DNA from: Candidatus Bathyarchaeota archaeon
Lineage (GTDB): Archaea > Thermoproteota > Bathyarchaeia > Bathyarchaeales > Bathycorpusculaceae
Direction of reading: 5' to 3'
Assembly: GCA_963826715.1 (NCBI GenBank)
Contig: CAWGYA010000008.1
Span: 32,001 to 96,000, forward strand
Length of the DNA stretch: 64,000 nucleotides
Below, piece by piece: positions 1-9,884 of the stretch (position 1 is its first letter; every line of letters begins with the position of its first letter). Both the position numbers and the translations under genes were made by a program. The notes beneath the pieces were generated by a model that was given only the letters and a program-made list of their open reading frames with translations, was not told the DNA's origin and did no database searches.

Positions 1-2
1 TT

Positions 3-152
3 CTTACTAGAAGCGGCACAGAAATTTCAGCTTTGACCGATGCAGAAATTGCTCAATTTTTCGGACATATCTATACATTTCTTGCCGTCGGTGCAATATC
101 ACTTTTTGGATGCAGTATTTGTTTAAGCCAGAGAAAAGTAACATCAATTTAG
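3..152 (+). CDS. 3' end of a membrane protein (partial, runs off the window)
   Basis: Open frame from base 3 (LTRSGTEISALTDAEIAQFFGHIYTFLAVGAISLFGCSICLSQRKVTSI*) ending at TAG 150-152, with a hydrophobic C-terminal helix and basic tail. Confidence 0.45.
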   Translation, partial: LTRSGTEISALTDAEIAQFFGHIYTFLAVGAISLFGCSICLSQRKVTSI

Positions 153-197
153 ATCCGAGTATTCGTTGAGTTGGTTGCGTACCCAACCTTTATTTTC

Positions 198-511
198 AAT
201 CAGGAAAATCTCACAATAAAGCTCGGAGTTAACAAAGCAACAACAGCTAGAGCTATCTCCAAAACTTTGCAATCAGTTTATGTAACTAGAAAAAGAGATG
301 AAAAAAGACAAAAGAGCCTACAAGATATACTTGACAAAAAAAGGTCAAGAGATAACACCTAAACTAATAAGAATCTCCCATCAACTAAACCCAAACGCTT
401 ACAAAGATCTTAACAGAAAATGAAAAGGCATCTGTAAAGCAATTGCTTGAAAAGATGAACCGGAACATTTCAGCTGTAAATGAAAAAACTGGAAAGCCAT
501 CAAATGAGTGA
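198..511 (+). pseudogene. MarR-family transcriptional regulator, 5'-truncated and frameshifted
   Basis: Joining three frames gives NQENLTIKLGVNKATTARAI...YVTRKRDEK/DKRAYKIYLTKKGQEITPKL...LN/QTLTKILTENEKASVKQLLEKMNRNI...NE*, which has the MarR wHTH and DxR...LTxxG wing. The stop at 509-511 overlaps the MFS ATG at 504. Confidence 0.75.
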
Positions 512-1682
512 AGCATCTAAGAAAAACTCATTATTCATAATTTTAGCAGCTGGAACATTAGCTGTCATGGCAGGTTCAATCATTTCACCAATTATTAGTT
601 TGATGCAAGGAAATCTACAAGGCGCGGATGAAAACAACATCCGATTCGTTATAACCACTCACGCCCTATTTATCGCAGTTTTTAGTCCAATTTTTGGAAT
701 AATTATTGATAAAATCGGCGCCAAAAAACCATTCGCACTTGGCCTAATACTCTACGGTATTGCAGGAGCATCAGGGTATTTCATAACAGACATAACAACA
801 ATGATATTTAGCCGGGCTATTCTAGGAATAGCTGTAGCTGCAATAGCAAATCCACTTGTTGTATTAATTTTAAATGTCTACAAAGGAGAAGAATGTAGCA
901 AAATCATGGGCTGGCAAGCTAGCGCAGCTTCACTAGGAGGAATCATCTGGCCTCTTCTTGGAGGCGCATTAGGACTATTAGCATGGAATTTACCATTCGG
1001 CATCTATTTAGTCGGCATCCCCGTCGGTTTACTCGCATGGCTCACGATACCAAATGCCGTCAACAAAAGAAAAACTGAAAACAAAGCGACCGACACTATT
1101 TCAGTACTCCAAACGATTAAACAAAAACCATTCATTTTTGCAGTTTATGGTCTGGGGTTATGGATGATGGTTTTACTATACACAAATGTCACGTTCATCC
1201 CCCAATTATTGAATGGAACTTTTGCTATCAATAACAGCTTAATCATAAGCGCATTTATTTGCGCTATGGGTGGCGCTGCATCAATAAGCGCTTTTATGTA
1301 CAAAAAGATAAAAAATAAATTTTCATATAACACCATTGCGTTAGTTGGGCTCAGCTTATGGGCTTTCGGCTTGATTTTCTTATCTCAAACAATAAGCCTG
1401 CTAACTGTGTTAGTAACGCTGATACTTTTTGGGATTGGGCAAGGAATAATCATGCCCACCGTAAATCTATGGGTAGGCGAACTTACAAAAACATGCGTCC
1501 GCGGCAGAATGATATCTTATCTAACAACCTTTCTTTTTTTAGGTCAATTTTTGCCCCCGATAATATTTAACCCAATTTTTTCGGCTCTTAGTTTTAAGGG
1601 AGTATTTTTAATTGCAGGGGCAACAAGCATTATCTTGGCAGGACTATTTCTTGCTAATTGGAGAAAAAATATTAAAAGATAG
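504..1682 (+). CDS. MFS transporter (drug:H+ antiporter-like)
   Basis: About 12 hydrophobic segments and MFS motif A (GIIIDKIGAK). Start moved to ATG 504, in frame with the ORF track, because it couples to the MarR stop. Confidence 0.9.
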   Translation: MSEASKKNSLFIILAAGTLAVMAGSIISPIISLMQGNLQGADENNIRFVITTHALFIAVFSPIFGIIIDKIGAKKPFALGLILYGIAGASGYFITDITTMIFSRAILGIAVAAIANPLVVLILNVYKGEECSKIMGWQASAASLGGIIWPLLGGALGLLAWNLPFGIYLVGIPVGLLAWLTIPNAVNKRKTENKATDTISVLQTIKQKPFIFAVYGLGLWMMVLLYTNVTFIPQLLNGTFAINNSLIISAFICAMGGAASISAFMYKKIKNKFSYNTIALVGLSLWAFGLIFLSQTISLLTVLVTLILFGIGQGIIMPTVNLWVGELTKTCVRGRMISYLTTFLFLGQFLPPIIFNPIFSALSFKGVFLIAGATSIILAGLFLANWRKNIKR

Positions 1683-1824
1683 TAAATGGGTCCATCAAAC
1701 CTAACATTTGAATAAATAACTACTCGAAACAGAAAAAAAAGACTTCAATCACGAAGAGTTAACAAAAAATTCAACAAAGATTTTAAATAAGATGTTGTTG
1801 AATTTGCGTTTTTAAAAAATAGTA

Positions 1825-1832
1825 CTTATAAG
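1825..1832 (+). promoter_or_regulatory. archaeal TATA box (CTTATAAG) for the Nudix gene, probably leaderless
   Basis: TTATAA preceded by an A-rich BRE-like stretch, about 25 nt upstream of ATG 1857. Confidence 0.5.
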
Positions 1833-1856
1833 CCAAATATTACGAGAGTTTATTAT

Positions 1857-2249
1857 ATGCTGACTTTCAAGAGGCGCAGAGGAACCGCCATTGTTGATAC
1901 TCCAAAAGGCATTCTTGTAGTTAGTCATAACAATCGTACGTTCTATTTACCCGGAGGCGGCGCAGAAAAAGGAGAGACCCGAAGAGATGCTACAATAAGA
2001 GAATTACAAGAAGAAACTAATCTACAAACACTCACATGCAAATTTCTCTTTGAATATGAGTCATTTACCAACAGCCACAAAGTCTTCTTAATAGAAAGCA
2101 GCGGCATTGCTAAACCAAGCAATGAAATTCAATACATTAACTTCTTCAATGGCTCTAACATAAAAATTTCAAACACTGCATGGGAAATACTTGAACAATA
2201 CCGGGCAGCCAAATTATCCAAATCCAATCTGGGTAAAACCCAACCCTAA
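1857..2249 (+). CDS. Nudix hydrolase
   Basis: Nudix box PGGGAEKGETRRDATIRELQEETNL. Confidence 0.9.
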   Translation: MLTFKRRRGTAIVDTPKGILVVSHNNRTFYLPGGGAEKGETRRDATIRELQEETNLQTLTCKFLFEYESFTNSHKVFLIESSGIAKPSNEIQYINFFNGSNIKISNTAWEILEQYRAAKLSKSNLGKTQP

Positions 2250-2315
2250 AAAGTCAAGTTCGTTACATATCAGGTAATGGATGGTTTACCAAACTCGAAG
2301 GCAAAACTAAAAGCT

Positions 2316-3002
2316 CTAACTTACTCCTTGAGTATTTGTCAACTTTGCATCTTTTAGAGTGTAGTCAGCAGAAACAGGCAATTTTTCACACATGTCAGTG
2401 GTCGACATAACAATCGTGACATTCTGATCCTTATTAATTTTAACAAGTAAATCCATAAGAAGTTGAGTATTCTCATCATCAATGCTCGATGTAGGCTCAT
2501 CAGCTATGATTAACTTGGGTTTGTTAGCAAGAGCTCTGATGACGGCGATACGCTGCTTTTCCCCTCCTGACAGGTTGTCTGGAAACCTATCAATCAAATG
2601 GCTCAACCCGAAATAATCAACAAGCTCTGATATCCTTTGCTTTCGCTCAACTTTCTTAACTGAAGCAAGAGCCAATGGTAACTCTATATTTTCTTGAACA
2701 GTCAATGAAGGAAGCAAATTAAAGAACTGAAATACCAAACCGATATTTCGCAATCTAAGCTCAGACATTTGGCCATCATCTAATTTTGCAAGACCTTGCC
2801 CAAAAAGTTCAACAGTTCCTCTATCAGGCTTTTCTAAACAGCCTATAATCTTAAGCAAAGTAGATTTACCTACCCCCGACTTTCCCCTTATCGAAACGAA
2901 CTCTCCTTCCTTAACAGACAAGTTTACTCCACTGAGAATTTGAGTAGAACCAAAGTCTTTCTGTACACCGACCAATTCAATTACACTATTTTTGCTTTGC
3001 AT
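2316..3002 (-). CDS. ABC transporter ATP-binding subunit (LolD/MacB/FtsE-like)
   Basis: Walker A GKSGVGKST, Q-loop FQFFNL, signature LSGGEKQR, Walker B LIIADEPT. The H-loop is atypical (MSTTD). Confidence 0.93.
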   Translation of the reverse strand: MQSKNSVIELVGVQKDFGSTQILSGVNLSVKEGEFVSIRGKSGVGKSTLLKIIGCLEKPDRGTVELFGQGLAKLDDGQMSELRLRNIGLVFQFFNLLPSLTVQENIELPLALASVKKVERKQRISELVDYFGLSHLIDRFPDNLSGGEKQRIAVIRALANKPKLIIADEPTSSIDDENTQLLMDLLVKINKDQNVTIVMSTTDMCEKLPVSADYTLKDAKLTNTQGVS

Positions 3003-4599
3003 AGATGGAAACCTCAGTATTTACAAAGATACAATTGTAATCAGTAAGCCTATCTGTCCAGTTGGCAGGTAACAGCACAGGGGAACCGCCATACAGGACA
3101 TACCCATTTTGATACATTTGACTATAAATATATAGTAATTCCGGCGGTGAACCGTCTTCGCCTAAATAATTAATCCCCTGTGTAACACTCACACTTTTAT
3201 CAAAATAACCCTTAACCAAATAAGAGACCTTAGCATCACCTGCAATCGATTGATTGTTCGAATTTGTTATTAACCAGTTAGAAGCTGAAAATTCAGAGGG
3301 CTCGTAGCGCCAAAAATAACCAAGATAAGGTTCCTGCAAAGACACCGTGGCATAAACAGTAAATGTGCCCACAGTCACCATTGACACAATAACCACCACC
3401 GCCAAAACAGAAGTTATTCGACGGATATCTAAATTCCGCGGCTTACTGAAAAAAATATAGAGCCCAATTGCAACAAGAATCATCAATGGGGGAACCACAA
3501 AGTTCACTGAACGATAAACTAAACTTATTCCACCTGAAGGATTCCCGAAAACCGCATACAATGTAAAAGAGAATATCCCCATCACCCAAAAAAGAGGAAA
3601 TAGAAGCTTTGATTCCCTCCGGTACAACCCCCTTAACCCAAAAATGCAAAGAGGCAATCCTATGATAAAGGGCAAAGCATACAAGAAATAACTAACAGGT
3701 AGAGTTGGGGCACCTGGAAAAAGAGAAACCTGAGTAACCAAAAAGGTCATCAAGAAAATAACTACAAACCCCATAGCAGACTTTATGAGCGTTCTTTTCA
3801 TGGAAGAATTCTTTGCTGAATAAGCCAGATACACCACAAGCGAAATCACAAGAATCTGATAGGTAGCAACCGAAACAAGACTTTCCGAAGTTATAGTCTG
3901 CATAAACGAAGGCGAAGCAAAGAGCAGAAAATAGAGTCCAGTTATTCCTCCGAAAACTGAGAGAAATAATAGATTTGACTGACCTGAATTTTCATTCCCA
4001 ATATTTTCTTTCTTGATAACAAACGAAGCAACCGTTAAACTAGCAATTATGCCCAGCACCAAAAACGACGTCAAATGATGAGTTAAAGCTAATGACACAG
4101 AGAGAATAGAGAACAAAAGCATTGTCTTCCAGGTATGCTTAAGCAAAAAGACAAGGATCAACGAAATGTAAATTGGGCTTGCAAACGTCTCCTTAGTCAC
4201 CCCAGCTGTAAATAAAGCATATGGAAAAACAGTAGCTAACAAAGTGGCAGCAATAACAGAAACAGCACTATTCTGAGTTATTCTTTTAACTAAAAAGTAG
4301 AATATCGGAATCGCTAAAGATGCGACTATAGGTATACCCAAAGCCATGGCTGAAATCGCCGGAAGCGCAAAAACTTCGGACATAACAACCCCAAACACTT
4401 GACTAGCCGGCCAAAAATTGTTATAACCCTCAAACAAAGCGCTGTTAAGTGGCACCGGAGTGTTCGCTGTCAGTAACTCGGTGTTTCTTATCAAAGGCCA
4501 AGCGTCCGTAGAAAAAGGCATCCCGCTAATCAGGGTAGGAAAAAGCCTAATAGCCAATGCAATAGCCAAAGGAATCAGTATATAGAGAACCTTTCTCAT
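2986..4599 (-). CDS. polytopic membrane protein, GT-C-like (putative lipid-donor glycosyltransferase or polymerase)
   Basis: About 13 TM segments, Asp in the first outer loop (STDAW), LTHH and YRS motifs, and a C-terminal soluble domain (EFSASNWL...YLYIY). Overlaps both neighbours. Confidence 0.6.
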   Translation of the reverse strand: MRKVLYILIPLAIALAIRLFPTLISGMPFSTDAWPLIRNTELLTANTPVPLNSALFEGYNNFWPASQVFGVVMSEVFALPAISAMALGIPIVASLAIPIFYFLVKRITQNSAVSVIAATLLATVFPYALFTAGVTKETFASPIYISLILVFLLKHTWKTMLLFSILSVSLALTHHLTSFLVLGIIASLTVASFVIKKENIGNENSGQSNLLFLSVFGGITGLYFLLFASPSFMQTITSESLVSVATYQILVISLVVYLAYSAKNSSMKRTLIKSAMGFVVIFLMTFLVTQVSLFPGAPTLPVSYFLYALPFIIGLPLCIFGLRGLYRRESKLLFPLFWVMGIFSFTLYAVFGNPSGGISLVYRSVNFVVPPLMILVAIGLYIFFSKPRNLDIRRITSVLAVVVIVSMVTVGTFTVYATVSLQEPYLGYFWRYEPSEFSASNWLITNSNNQSIAGDAKVSYLVKGYFDKSVSVTQGINYLGEDGSPPELLYIYSQMYQNGYVLYGGSPVLLPANWTDRLTDYNCIFVNTEVSIYAKQK

Positions 4600-5798
4600 C
4601 GCCGCAACTCCGTTCGGGCCATATTTACGCTAATAATTAATACAAGAAGAGCAAAATTCGCTACAATAATAAGCGGGTCAAGCTGAAAACTAATTGTGTG
4701 AGACAACACTTGAAGATAACCTATTCTCTGAAAAAGATCAATTACAACAGCACTAACAACTGTTCCCAATGCAGTCGATATCAACGCCCAACCAACCATC
4801 TTCACAGTAATATCGAGCTTTATTTTCCTATACGAGACACCAATCGATCGAATTGTGTTTATATCAGTTGCATGTTGCTCTACAAACAAAGTCGTCGCAG
4901 TTATCGCGGTTCCACTCGCAAACAAAAACACAACTATCGACAACACAATCAAAACATTCTTACTAACCCCATATTCCTCTAAATAACTCGACATAAATTC
5001 CTGCGATTGATCCACACCAACAAATTGAAGATCAATGACACCACTATCAAGCGGAATTAATGACCCAAGCTGCTGTTCTGCTTGACTAGTAGGTGAGGGC
5101 GTTGGAAATTGAGTAGGCGCTGGATTCTGTTGATTTTCAGCTAAAGCTTGAAAGAGCTGATGAACACCTGTTTGATTAACATCAAACTTGGCTCTAACAA
5201 GAGTAATTTGGTAATAATTCTCGCCCCTCAACCACTGCCCCGCATAAAGAGGAATCAAAATCTCATCGTTTAAAGCCTGCTCACTACACTCAAAGATACC
5301 CTTAACTTCCAACTGTAAATATTTTTGATGCATCACACCAAAAACTATGAAATCATCACCCGTTTTCAGATCAAGTTTCTGAGCGGCCGCTTGACCTATG
5401 ATAGCTTTATTTGCGTCATTAAGGACCAAGTCATTTCCCTCTATCATACTAAGTTGATTGATTTCAGCAAAATCTTCAGGGACTATACCTCGTACGAAAA
5501 CAGCTTCATCATTAACCACACTTGGATTAATGACCTCGGGACTTGTAGCCAAAACTCCAGTTAAGGTAGCAATTTCAGCCTCCAGGCTCGTGTAAATTAA
5601 ACCTGTATAGGGCGTAGTTGCTTTTGTGCTATAGAACACAGCGATATTTTCGCCCCCACCCACATAATTAGTAAAACCATTGTAGAACCCCGTGAAGCTG
5701 TAAGCTGTAATAGAAAAAAGCGTAGAGGTCAGTGCAAGTATCAAAATTAACACCGCGATCCGCTGCCGCCGCAAATACTTAAAACTAAGCAACCTCAA
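4596..5798 (-). CDS. FtsX/MacB-like ABC permease
   Basis: N-terminal TM, large extracytoplasmic domain (VRGI...AIIG...VKGIF...EILIPL) and three C-terminal TMs with IRSIG motif. Confidence 0.85.
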   Translation of the reverse strand: MRLLSFKYLRRQRIAVLILILALTSTLFSITAYSFTGFYNGFTNYVGGGENIAVFYSTKATTPYTGLIYTSLEAEIATLTGVLATSPEVINPSVVNDEAVFVRGIVPEDFAEINQLSMIEGNDLVLNDANKAIIGQAAAQKLDLKTGDDFIVFGVMHQKYLQLEVKGIFECSEQALNDEILIPLYAGQWLRGENYYQITLVRAKFDVNQTGVHQLFQALAENQQNPAPTQFPTPSPTSQAEQQLGSLIPLDSGVIDLQFVGVDQSQEFMSSYLEEYGVSKNVLIVLSIVVFLFASGTAITATTLFVEQHATDINTIRSIGVSYRKIKLDITVKMVGWALISTALGTVVSAVVIDLFQRIGYLQVLSHTISFQLDPLIIVANFALLVLIISVNMARTELRR

Positions 5799-6937
5799 AG
5801 CGACACCTCCTCGACCATAGATTGAGTAGCCCGAACTGCCGGATAAATGGCACCCAAAAACGAGAACACCCCAGTCAACAACAAAATTTGAAGCGCTTGA
5901 ATCGGCTCAAGAAAAGGCGCCAGCAACGAATTACCCAAAAACCACCGGATACCTGTTGAAATAACCTGTGTTCCCACTAAACCTATAGCTAAACCTATAA
6001 CTGACCCAAGAAAAGCCAAAACCAAAGTATACACCAATATCAGAGTGACTATCCCATTCTTCTTGGTTCCAAAAAATCTAAGCATAAAAAGCTCATACTT
6101 CGCATCATTCAAAACCCTCAAAGCAATGACATAAGAAGCCCCCATAATTACGGCATAAACAGCTACCGACCAAACACTAATGAAATTAACAGTTTGATTG
6201 TTTATATCCTTAGCAAATGCAATCGTCTGCTGAACACCAACTATTTTTACATCAGAGGGCAAAATCTCCACAAGATCATCCAAAACCTTACTCGCCTGCC
6301 CAGAGCCATCGATCGAGAATTCAACAAAAGACACCTTCGCAGGGACTTGAGTGATATTTTGAAGAGAATCCAAAGACAAAATTAACTCAGAATCACTCTG
6401 ATCATTCATTCGCACTACTGCAGTGACGTTTAAGGGAATCTGCTGATTATTCAAAAATAGAATTAAATCGTCAGCTCTACCTAAAGAGGCCATATTCGAT
6501 AAAACAATCCCCACAACAGCCTCCGAAGCCCCCAAGCCAACCTTGCCACTTACACTGGCGTGTCTATTCTTTAAAAAAGCAGCCACATCATCAACTGCAC
6601 GTAAATTAATCGAATACACCCCAGTTTCCGTTTGTATGCGCACACTCAAAATCTGCTGAGAACAAGCATAAGACACACCGGACCGACCCTCAAATAAATT
6701 AATCAAATTCCAATCCACCCAACTATCAGTCAAAGAATTCGAACCCACACTAGTCACCAAGTAAGTCTGCCCAATAGGAGGCAAAGAAGCAAACAAAGAG
6801 GTCTCAGCATTTAGGTTATTCACCAAAGCACTCGTAGAGGATAATATTGCAATTAGAAACGCCACAGCAATTATAGCGGACGCTGTTCCCTTTTTGCGAA
6901 ACAGCACTTTAAATGCCAAAGATTGCACGCTAATCAT
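5795..6937 (-). CDS. FtsX/MacB-like ABC permease (second subunit)
   Basis: Same 1+3 TM topology, with LRFFGT and GAIYPA motifs. 4-nt overlap with the next gene. Confidence 0.85.
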   Translation of the reverse strand: MISVQSLAFKVLFRKKGTASAIIAVAFLIAILSSTSALVNNLNAETSLFASLPPIGQTYLVTSVGSNSLTDSWVDWNLINLFEGRSGVSYACSQQILSVRIQTETGVYSINLRAVDDVAAFLKNRHASVSGKVGLGASEAVVGIVLSNMASLGRADDLILFLNNQQIPLNVTAVVRMNDQSDSELILSLDSLQNITQVPAKVSFVEFSIDGSGQASKVLDDLVEILPSDVKIVGVQQTIAFAKDINNQTVNFISVWSVAVYAVIMGASYVIALRVLNDAKYELFMLRFFGTKKNGIVTLILVYTLVLAFLGSVIGLAIGLVGTQVISTGIRWFLGNSLLAPFLEPIQALQILLLTGVFSFLGAIYPAVRATQSMVEEVSL

Positions 6938-6950
6938 GCCTCAGCTTACT

Positions 6951-7922
6951 TTAGCGGGCAGGGGCAGTCACATTAACCATTAGTTGACCCCATTGTAGAT
7001 ACTGATTTTGATTAATAGTTTGATTAAACGACCAAAGTTCAAAGATTATCCGCTGATTAATTCCCTCTTTACTCAAAGACATCTCCATGGGAAACACCCA
7101 GCTTTGATTATTAGCCACCACCTGTCGATACTGCTGGAAAGGAGAAAGTGCAGAAGCAGGATTTACAACAGTCTCATTGTCACCCAGCTTAACCATAAAA
7201 GTATAGAGCATAGGCTCACCCATATGATTTCCAACATAACCATAAAGATTAATCGTTTCACCCACAACAACCCGCGAAGGATAATCACCCAACATCATGT
7301 TAGGACCTAAAACCCCAAGCTCCGAGAATTGTTCCCCCGAATTCACCGAAAACAAAAATCCTGAAACCGAAACTAACGCCAAAATAACTGTAACCGCCAA
7401 AATAACAGCACATAACTGTTCAGCAGTTACAACCAAAGAATTACCCGCCCCATTGACTTTCTTAAGTCCAACACGATAATTTCGCCGAAGCCTAAACCAC
7501 AAGCCCCAAAAAAGCTTAGGACCCAAAAAGAAAACAACAACACCTACAGCAACAAGAGCAACAGCTAAAGAAACCTCAACAACCGGAAAAGCACCCAAAG
7601 CAGAGTGCTCAACCAAAGTAGCCTGTTGAGTCACATTAAGAGCTACCTGCCGAGCCTCAAGCGCCAACACACCAGCTTGCTCAGGATTAGCAACCTCCAA
7701 TTCTTGAGCCTGAGAGGTCAAATTTAACGCATAATTTAACTGCTCAATTAACCGGCTAGTTTCTCCACCAGCATGAGAAGCATCAAGAATAGCCAAATAA
7801 GCTTGAGAAATTTGAGTATTAGCATCTGTAATTGCCGAGGACTGAGCAAGAACAAAAGAAGCATTCGAAAGAATAACTATGAACACTAAAAGGGTAACCC
7901 AGAATTTACTTGTTCGTTCCAT
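6951..7922 (-). CDS. DUF1616-type membrane protein (signal peptide, helical domain, 2 TM, extracellular beta domain)
   Basis: EQFSELGVLGP...DYP...VGNHMG...RIIFELW motifs of the DUF1616 C-terminal domain. It corresponds to a fusion of the two genes at 57474-58583. Confidence 0.75.
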   Translation of the reverse strand: MERTSKFWVTLLVFIVILSNASFVLAQSSAITDANTQISQAYLAILDASHAGGETSRLIEQLNYALNLTSQAQELEVANPEQAGVLALEARQVALNVTQQATLVEHSALGAFPVVEVSLAVALVAVGVVVFFLGPKLFWGLWFRLRRNYRVGLKKVNGAGNSLVVTAEQLCAVILAVTVILALVSVSGFLFSVNSGEQFSELGVLGPNMMLGDYPSRVVVGETINLYGYVGNHMGEPMLYTFMVKLGDNETVVNPASALSPFQQYRQVVANNQSWVFPMEMSLSKEGINQRIIFELWSFNQTINQNQYLQWGQLMVNVTAPAR

Positions 7923-7968
7923 CCCCCGTCTCTCAATCTCTTAGAATAAGGTTGTTTTAGCACAAGAC

Positions 7969-7979
7969 ATATATAAAAA
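7969..7979. promoter_or_regulatory. candidate bidirectional TATA element between divergent operons
   Basis: ATATATAAAAA lies in the 100-bp gap, about 45 nt from both starts (7922 and 8024). Confidence 0.4.
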
Positions 7980-8023
7980 TTGTAGAGGATACCTGTATCA
8001 AGACGTAACCAGAGGAACAAAAA

Positions 8024-8644
8024 GTGGGCGACGACATAAACATAATCGTTACAGAAACTGCCAAATCCATGGGGCAGCCCACTATCGCAGAACTCATAGA
8101 CAATATAGTCGAACAAAGAGGCATAAAACCAAAAGACGCCACCAAAGCAGTCTACATAGAATACAAAAAAGGCAACTTAGACCTCACGCAACCCAACCCA
8201 CCATCAAACATAACAAGCTATTTCCTCAACTTAGAGAGCGCCTGGTTTTGGGCAACCACCGCCTTAGTCGCCATAACCTTGATAGTCGTCTTCACAGTTA
8301 ACGCATCACTACTCATCTACGTACGATACGTACTGGGAGGCGTTTTCATACTGTTCCTTCCAGGATTCATGCTAATCTCAGCACTCTACCCAAGAAAAGA
8401 AATGGACGAACTTGAACGAATAGCACTATCAATCGGATTAAGCCTAGCTATTGTTCCGTTGATTGGACTTGCACTAAACTATACCCCATGGGGAATACGT
8501 CTAGAACCAATCATGATTTCGCTATCATTATTCACAGAGATACTCGCCGTTGCCATTGTCATCCAAAGATTTAGGTACTTCCAACTCAACCAAAACACAA
8601 GTACCACACACCCAACAAACTCAGCGACAAAAAATATAAAATAG
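8024..8644 (+). CDS. DUF1616-type membrane protein (N-terminal helical/wHTH-like domain plus 4 TM)
   Basis: RYVLG..FILFLPG..LISALYP...LERIALSIGLSLAIVPLIGLALNYTPWGIR motif of the DUF1616 N-terminal TM region. Confidence 0.8.
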   Translation: MGDDINIIVTETAKSMGQPTIAELIDNIVEQRGIKPKDATKAVYIEYKKGNLDLTQPNPPSNITSYFLNLESAWFWATTALVAITLIVVFTVNASLLIYVRYVLGGVFILFLPGFMLISALYPRKEMDELERIALSIGLSLAIVPLIGLALNYTPWGIRLEPIMISLSLFTEILAVAIVIQRFRYFQLNQNTSTTHPTNSATKNIK

Positions 8645-8880
8645 ACAAATAACCCAGTCCCCAATATCCAGTTATTCGCTATTTACATAAATTTGCAACT
8701 TTCAACCTATAAAAAACTTATTAAAATAATCAAAGTGAAAACAACTCCCTTTGATCCAAAAAAGAATTTGATTATATCCGCTCTTTATCCTTAAAAGTTA
8801 TATGACCGGCAGGTAACAACTAATCAGTCCAACCAAGAAAGAAGTCAGGGGACACAATAAACATCGGGAGAGCATAAGCA

Positions 8881-9624
8881 ATTCCGTTTAAAATAACATA
8901 CCAAACACTTGCCACAACCCTAACAACAACAGGCGTACTGCTTGCAAGTATAGCATTCCTAATCTTAAACTCAACACCGCTCACTTCACTGGGAATATCA
9001 ACAGTAATTTTAGGCGCAGTCACCTACGCCATTTCCAGAGGACAACAAAAAGTTTCCCCAGAAGCAAGCGCCATCCTACTTCAATCAGGCATAGAAAACA
9101 TCTCAGCCCTAGTTGAAGAACTCGGACTCAAATCAAAAGCAATTTACCTACCAAAATCCATCACCGGCGAAAAACCAAAAGCTCTCATACCACTAGATTC
9201 CAACATAAAATTCAACAATCAGACTCTCCCACAAAGACTCATAGTCAAATATGATGCCAACCCCCAAGCAGAAGGATTGCTAATAACTACACCTGGATCA
9301 GCCATCGGCAATATGGTTGAAACAAAACAAGATGCATCAGCAGGAGATTTAGAATCTTCAATTTCACAGGTGCTTGCAGGCACTGTAGATTTAGCTGATG
9401 GAGCACGAGTCACATTAAACGAGGACAGGGTTGTGGTTGAAATCACTAATCCCCGCCTTGAGAGCAACAAAATGTGGATTTACGAAACTATTGGAACACC
9501 AATCGCATCCATCGTAGCTTCAGTTGTTGCTCAAATTCTAGACAAACCTGTCACAATCAACAGCGAAGAACTCGGAAAGGGAAAATTCATTGTAGAGTTA
9601 AAAGTGCTGGAGAGAAACGTGTGA
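8881..9624 (+). CDS. membrane protein with 2 N-terminal TMs and a C-terminal V4R-like alpha/beta domain; probable non-canonical start
   Basis: The frame of ORF 9277..9624 is open back to TAA 8875-8877 (IPFKITYQTLATTLTTTGVLLASIAF...ELGLKSKAIYLP...). No ATG, GTG or TTG precedes the TMs. ATT 8881 follows GGGAG at 8866-8870. Confidence 0.7.
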   Translation: MPFKITYQTLATTLTTTGVLLASIAFLILNSTPLTSLGISTVILGAVTYAISRGQQKVSPEASAILLQSGIENISALVEELGLKSKAIYLPKSITGEKPKALIPLDSNIKFNNQTLPQRLIVKYDANPQAEGLLITTPGSAIGNMVETKQDASAGDLESSISQVLAGTVDLADGARVTLNEDRVVVEITNPRLESNKMWIYETIGTPIASIVASVVAQILDKPVTINSEELGKGKFIVELKVLERNV

Positions 9625-9884
9625 GAATCCATGAAAGATACCTCCTCACACTAACACTCACATACGCCCTCACAACATTCGCTTTCGCATTTTTCTCATC
9701 AAGCACAATCGACCTATACATCTCAGTATTCATAGTCGAATACTTCATACTAACACTACTTCATTCCCCACTAAAACCAAAAACACAAAAAACAACAAAC
9801 ATAATCGGCTACGGCCTCTTTGGAGTATTCATCCTAATCGTAGCCCTAAAAGTACTTGAAATATTAGGTGCTAGCTTGTCATGA
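9621..9884 (+). CDS. small 3-TM membrane protein
   Basis: GTG 9621 overlaps the previous stop (GTGA). 87 aa, hydrophobic (MRIHERYLLTL...ILGASLS). Its stop overlaps the next ATG. Confidence 0.75.
   Translation: MRIHERYLLTLTLTYALTTFAFAFFSSSTIDLYISVFIVEYFILTLLHSPLKPKTQKTTNIIGYGLFGVFILIVALKVLEILGASLS

Noticed and set aside
9474-9620. N-terminal extension of ORF 9474..9884
   Set aside because: It overlaps the upstream gene out of frame; GTG 9621, coupled to the upstream stop, is the better start.
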